DNA from: a virus | DNA length: 44,007 bases | Reading direction: 5' to 3' (one strand) | IMG/VR virus record: IMGVR_UViG_3300031578_000106 | Coordinates: 1-44,007 of that record | Part shown: positions 42,213-44,007 of the stretch, in pieces | Layout of the letters: each line of letters begins with the position of its first letter | Position numbering within the stretch: the stretch's first letter is position 1 | Program-made: the position numbers and the translations under genes | Notes under the pieces: model-generated | Told to the model about the DNA's origin: nothing | The model's database searches: none | Seen by the model: only the letters and a program-made list of their open reading frames with translations

Positions 42213-43996
42213 AAAAACTTATATTCATACCGTTACTATTTCTTTCAATTTCTACCTTTTGTGGGTTGCGTTATGTTTCTACAACGGGTACAGATGATAC
42301 TTATCCCACTCGTGGAACATTTGCTAATCCCTGGTTAACTTGGAACTATGCTTTTAATCATACCCCTTCAAGTGATACCTGTTATTTCAGAGGAGGTATC
42401 TATGCAACTTCTACTGGTGTATTAGTGGAGGGGCCGGTAAATGATGGTACTCACGATCACCCCACTTGTTTTTTTGCTTATCCTGATGATTGGGATGCTG
42501 GTAATTATCCTGTTCTTGATTGCTGGACAAAACCTGATGTAGGTTACGAACAAGTCGGAATAGCACTAAGGAGGTTAAGTTATTATCACTTAAAAGGATT
42601 AACAGTTAAGAATGTTCAACAACATACTTCTGATGATTTAGCTATCGGTATATATATTTCTTTTACTGCAAATCCCGCTTATAATGTTAATAATATAATA
42701 TTTGAAAATTGTACAGTTCATGATTGCGGAGGACACGGATTTTATGCGAGTTTTTATGATACATTATATTTTGTTAATTGTGATGCTTATAATATTTGTG
42801 ATAGTTTAACTACATACGATCCCGGCGGGTGGGGTACTGGATTTGGACTTTATTTTAATTACTATACAGGTTCAGATAAATCTTATGCTGAATTAAAAGG
42901 TTGCAGGGCATGGCAATGTGCAGATCAGGGGTTTTCAGCTATAAGTAAAGGATTAGTAGTTTATGATAGTTGCTGGGCAGTAAACAATGGTAATATGCCC
43001 TTTCCCACAAATATTCATACTAAAGGTAGTGGATGGAAATCGTGGGAAAGGTATAACAAGAATCCTGCTATCGTACAACTAATCTGGAAAAATTGTATTG
43101 CTGTCGATAATGAATTTCGTGGATTTAATGGTGCCGATGAGGATGGCAATCATGAAGAATTAAGAATACACTTTTATAATAGTTTTGCATATCGTAATGG
43201 TAAATTACATTATAACGGATCAACTTCCGGTCATGGATTTCTTGATTGGACAAATGTGGATACAGTAGGACGATGGGATCACTGGTATGTGAATAATCTG
43301 TCATTTGATAATTATGGTCATTCGGCTTGGGGATCAGAAGGAGATATAGTGACCGGAGCATATCAACAAGCGACTAATTATTGGGACCCGACATCATCTG
43401 TTACTGCTGCTGATTTTGTAAGCCTTGACACAACAGGTTTATGTGGGCAGAGACAATTGCCAAGTTTTAAACTACCAATCACCACTTTTGGTCATCTGGC
43501 ATCAACATCAAATCTCATTAATGCAGGAACAGATGTGGGTTTACCTTATAACGGTGCTGCTCCTGATGTCGGATGGGTGGAATACGAACCACAAGACCCG
43601 CCAGTTGATCCAATAGTTATCGTAATTGTAGATGTTTCCGCAGGAGCAAGACAGGCAACGATAGGATGTAACGTTACGGATGATGGCGGTGGAACAGTAT
43701 CAGATCGAGGTGTATGTTGGAGTGAATCTGCTGATCCTGATTTAAGTGATAGTCATAACCATAACGGTACTGGCACTAGTGCTTTTAATTCATATATAAC
43801 AGGACTATTGCCAAATACTACTTATCATGTAAGAGGGTTTGCAACTAATGAAGCAGGTACGGGATATAGTGCAGATTCAGAGTTTATGACAACTTCCGAT
43901 GCGGGACTTGGTGGTGATGTCGTATTTAGTCCTGATGGGAAGCCTTTATTTATTTACGATAATGTCAGTGGAACTTGGAAAATATTAGTAAAATGA
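42209..43996 (+). CDS. Right-handed beta-helix (pectate-lyase-like) depolymerase with a C-terminal Ig/FN3-like domain
   Basis: Paralogous to the N-terminus of 24317..28525 (NPWLTWNYAF vs EPWATWQKGF; LINAGTDVGLPYNGAAPDVGWVEY vs LINAGVDVGLPFEGIAPDLGAFEY). Also has the VSDRGVCWSE...LPNTTYHVRGFATNEAGTGY module. Confidence 0.7.
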   Translation: MKKLIFIPLLFLSISTFCGLRYVSTTGTDDTYPTRGTFANPWLTWNYAFNHTPSSDTCYFRGGIYATSTGVLVEGPVNDGTHDHPTCFFAYPDDWDAGNYPVLDCWTKPDVGYEQVGIALRRLSYYHLKGLTVKNVQQHTSDDLAIGIYISFTANPAYNVNNIIFENCTVHDCGGHGFYASFYDTLYFVNCDAYNICDSLTTYDPGGWGTGFGLYFNYYTGSDKSYAELKGCRAWQCADQGFSAISKGLVVYDSCWAVNNGNMPFPTNIHTKGSGWKSWERYNKNPAIVQLIWKNCIAVDNEFRGFNGADEDGNHEELRIHFYNSFAYRNGKLHYNGSTSGHGFLDWTNVDTVGRWDHWYVNNLSFDNYGHSAWGSEGDIVTGAYQQATNYWDPTSSVTAADFVSLDTTGLCGQRQLPSFKLPITTFGHLASTSNLINAGTDVGLPYNGAAPDVGWVEYEPQDPPVDPIVIVIVDVSAGARQATIGCNVTDDGGGTVSDRGVCWSESADPDLSDSHNHNGTGTSAFNSYITGLLPNTTYHVRGFATNEAGTGYSADSEFMTTSDAGLGGDVVFSPDGKPLFIYDNVSGTWKILVK

Positions 43997-44007
43997 AAAC
44001 GATGAAA
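43881..44007. repeat. Terminal overlap, identical to 1-127
   Basis: Exact 127-nt identity with the window start. Confidence 0.95.

Noticed and set aside
1-44007. Lysogeny module, prophage borders or a mobile element.
   Set aside because: I recognised no integrase, excisionase, transposase or att-like flanks. The contig closes on itself.

Overview
The window is a complete, circularly closed dsDNA phage genome of about 43.88 kb: bases 1-127 are identical to 43881-44007. It is AT-rich and tightly packed, and every credible gene lies on the + strand. The promoters match the Bacteroidota sigma-A consensus (TTTG at -33, TAnnTTTG at -7) and most genes lack Shine-Dalgarno sites, so the host is probably a Bacteroidota member (inference).

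Modules, in order:
- Lysis and surface cluster (113-3037): lipoprotein, holin-like proteins, a DUF5675/YkuD-like wall enzyme, a caspase-like C14 peptidase and a small OMP-like protein.
- Early/replication region of many small ORFs (3230-16354): HNH endonuclease, RHH regulator, DnaA domain-IV-only protein, YqaJ exonuclease, NinG, radical SAM enzyme and a putative replisome organizer.
- terS/terL (16612-18061).
- Tail/adsorption module (18791-30561): multi-lectin receptor-binding protein, a 1402-aa beta-helix fusion protein and a tape-measure-like protein.
- Four-gene glycosyltransferase cassette (30785-33535).
- Head/neck/fiber module (34108-43996): ClpP-like protease-scaffold, major capsid, portal candidate, fibers and a second beta-helix depolymerase.

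I found no integrase, DNA polymerase, tRNA, CRISPR array or reverse transcriptase.

The most unusual content is non-coding:
1. Two promoter-to-terminator units are built from exactly phased 36-nt tandem repeats (16435-16537 and 33579-33936). Their architecture matches type III antitoxin RNAs (ToxI-like), but no toxin gene follows. Each sits immediately upstream of a late operon (packaging and head).
2. Two paralogous arrays of about 0.45-0.6 kb contain roughly 48-bp A-tract/palindrome iterons (12130-12577 and 18141-18742). They are bounded by a shared 19-nt box, inverted around one array and direct around the other.

All functional calls rest on motif recognition by eye. No database search was run.
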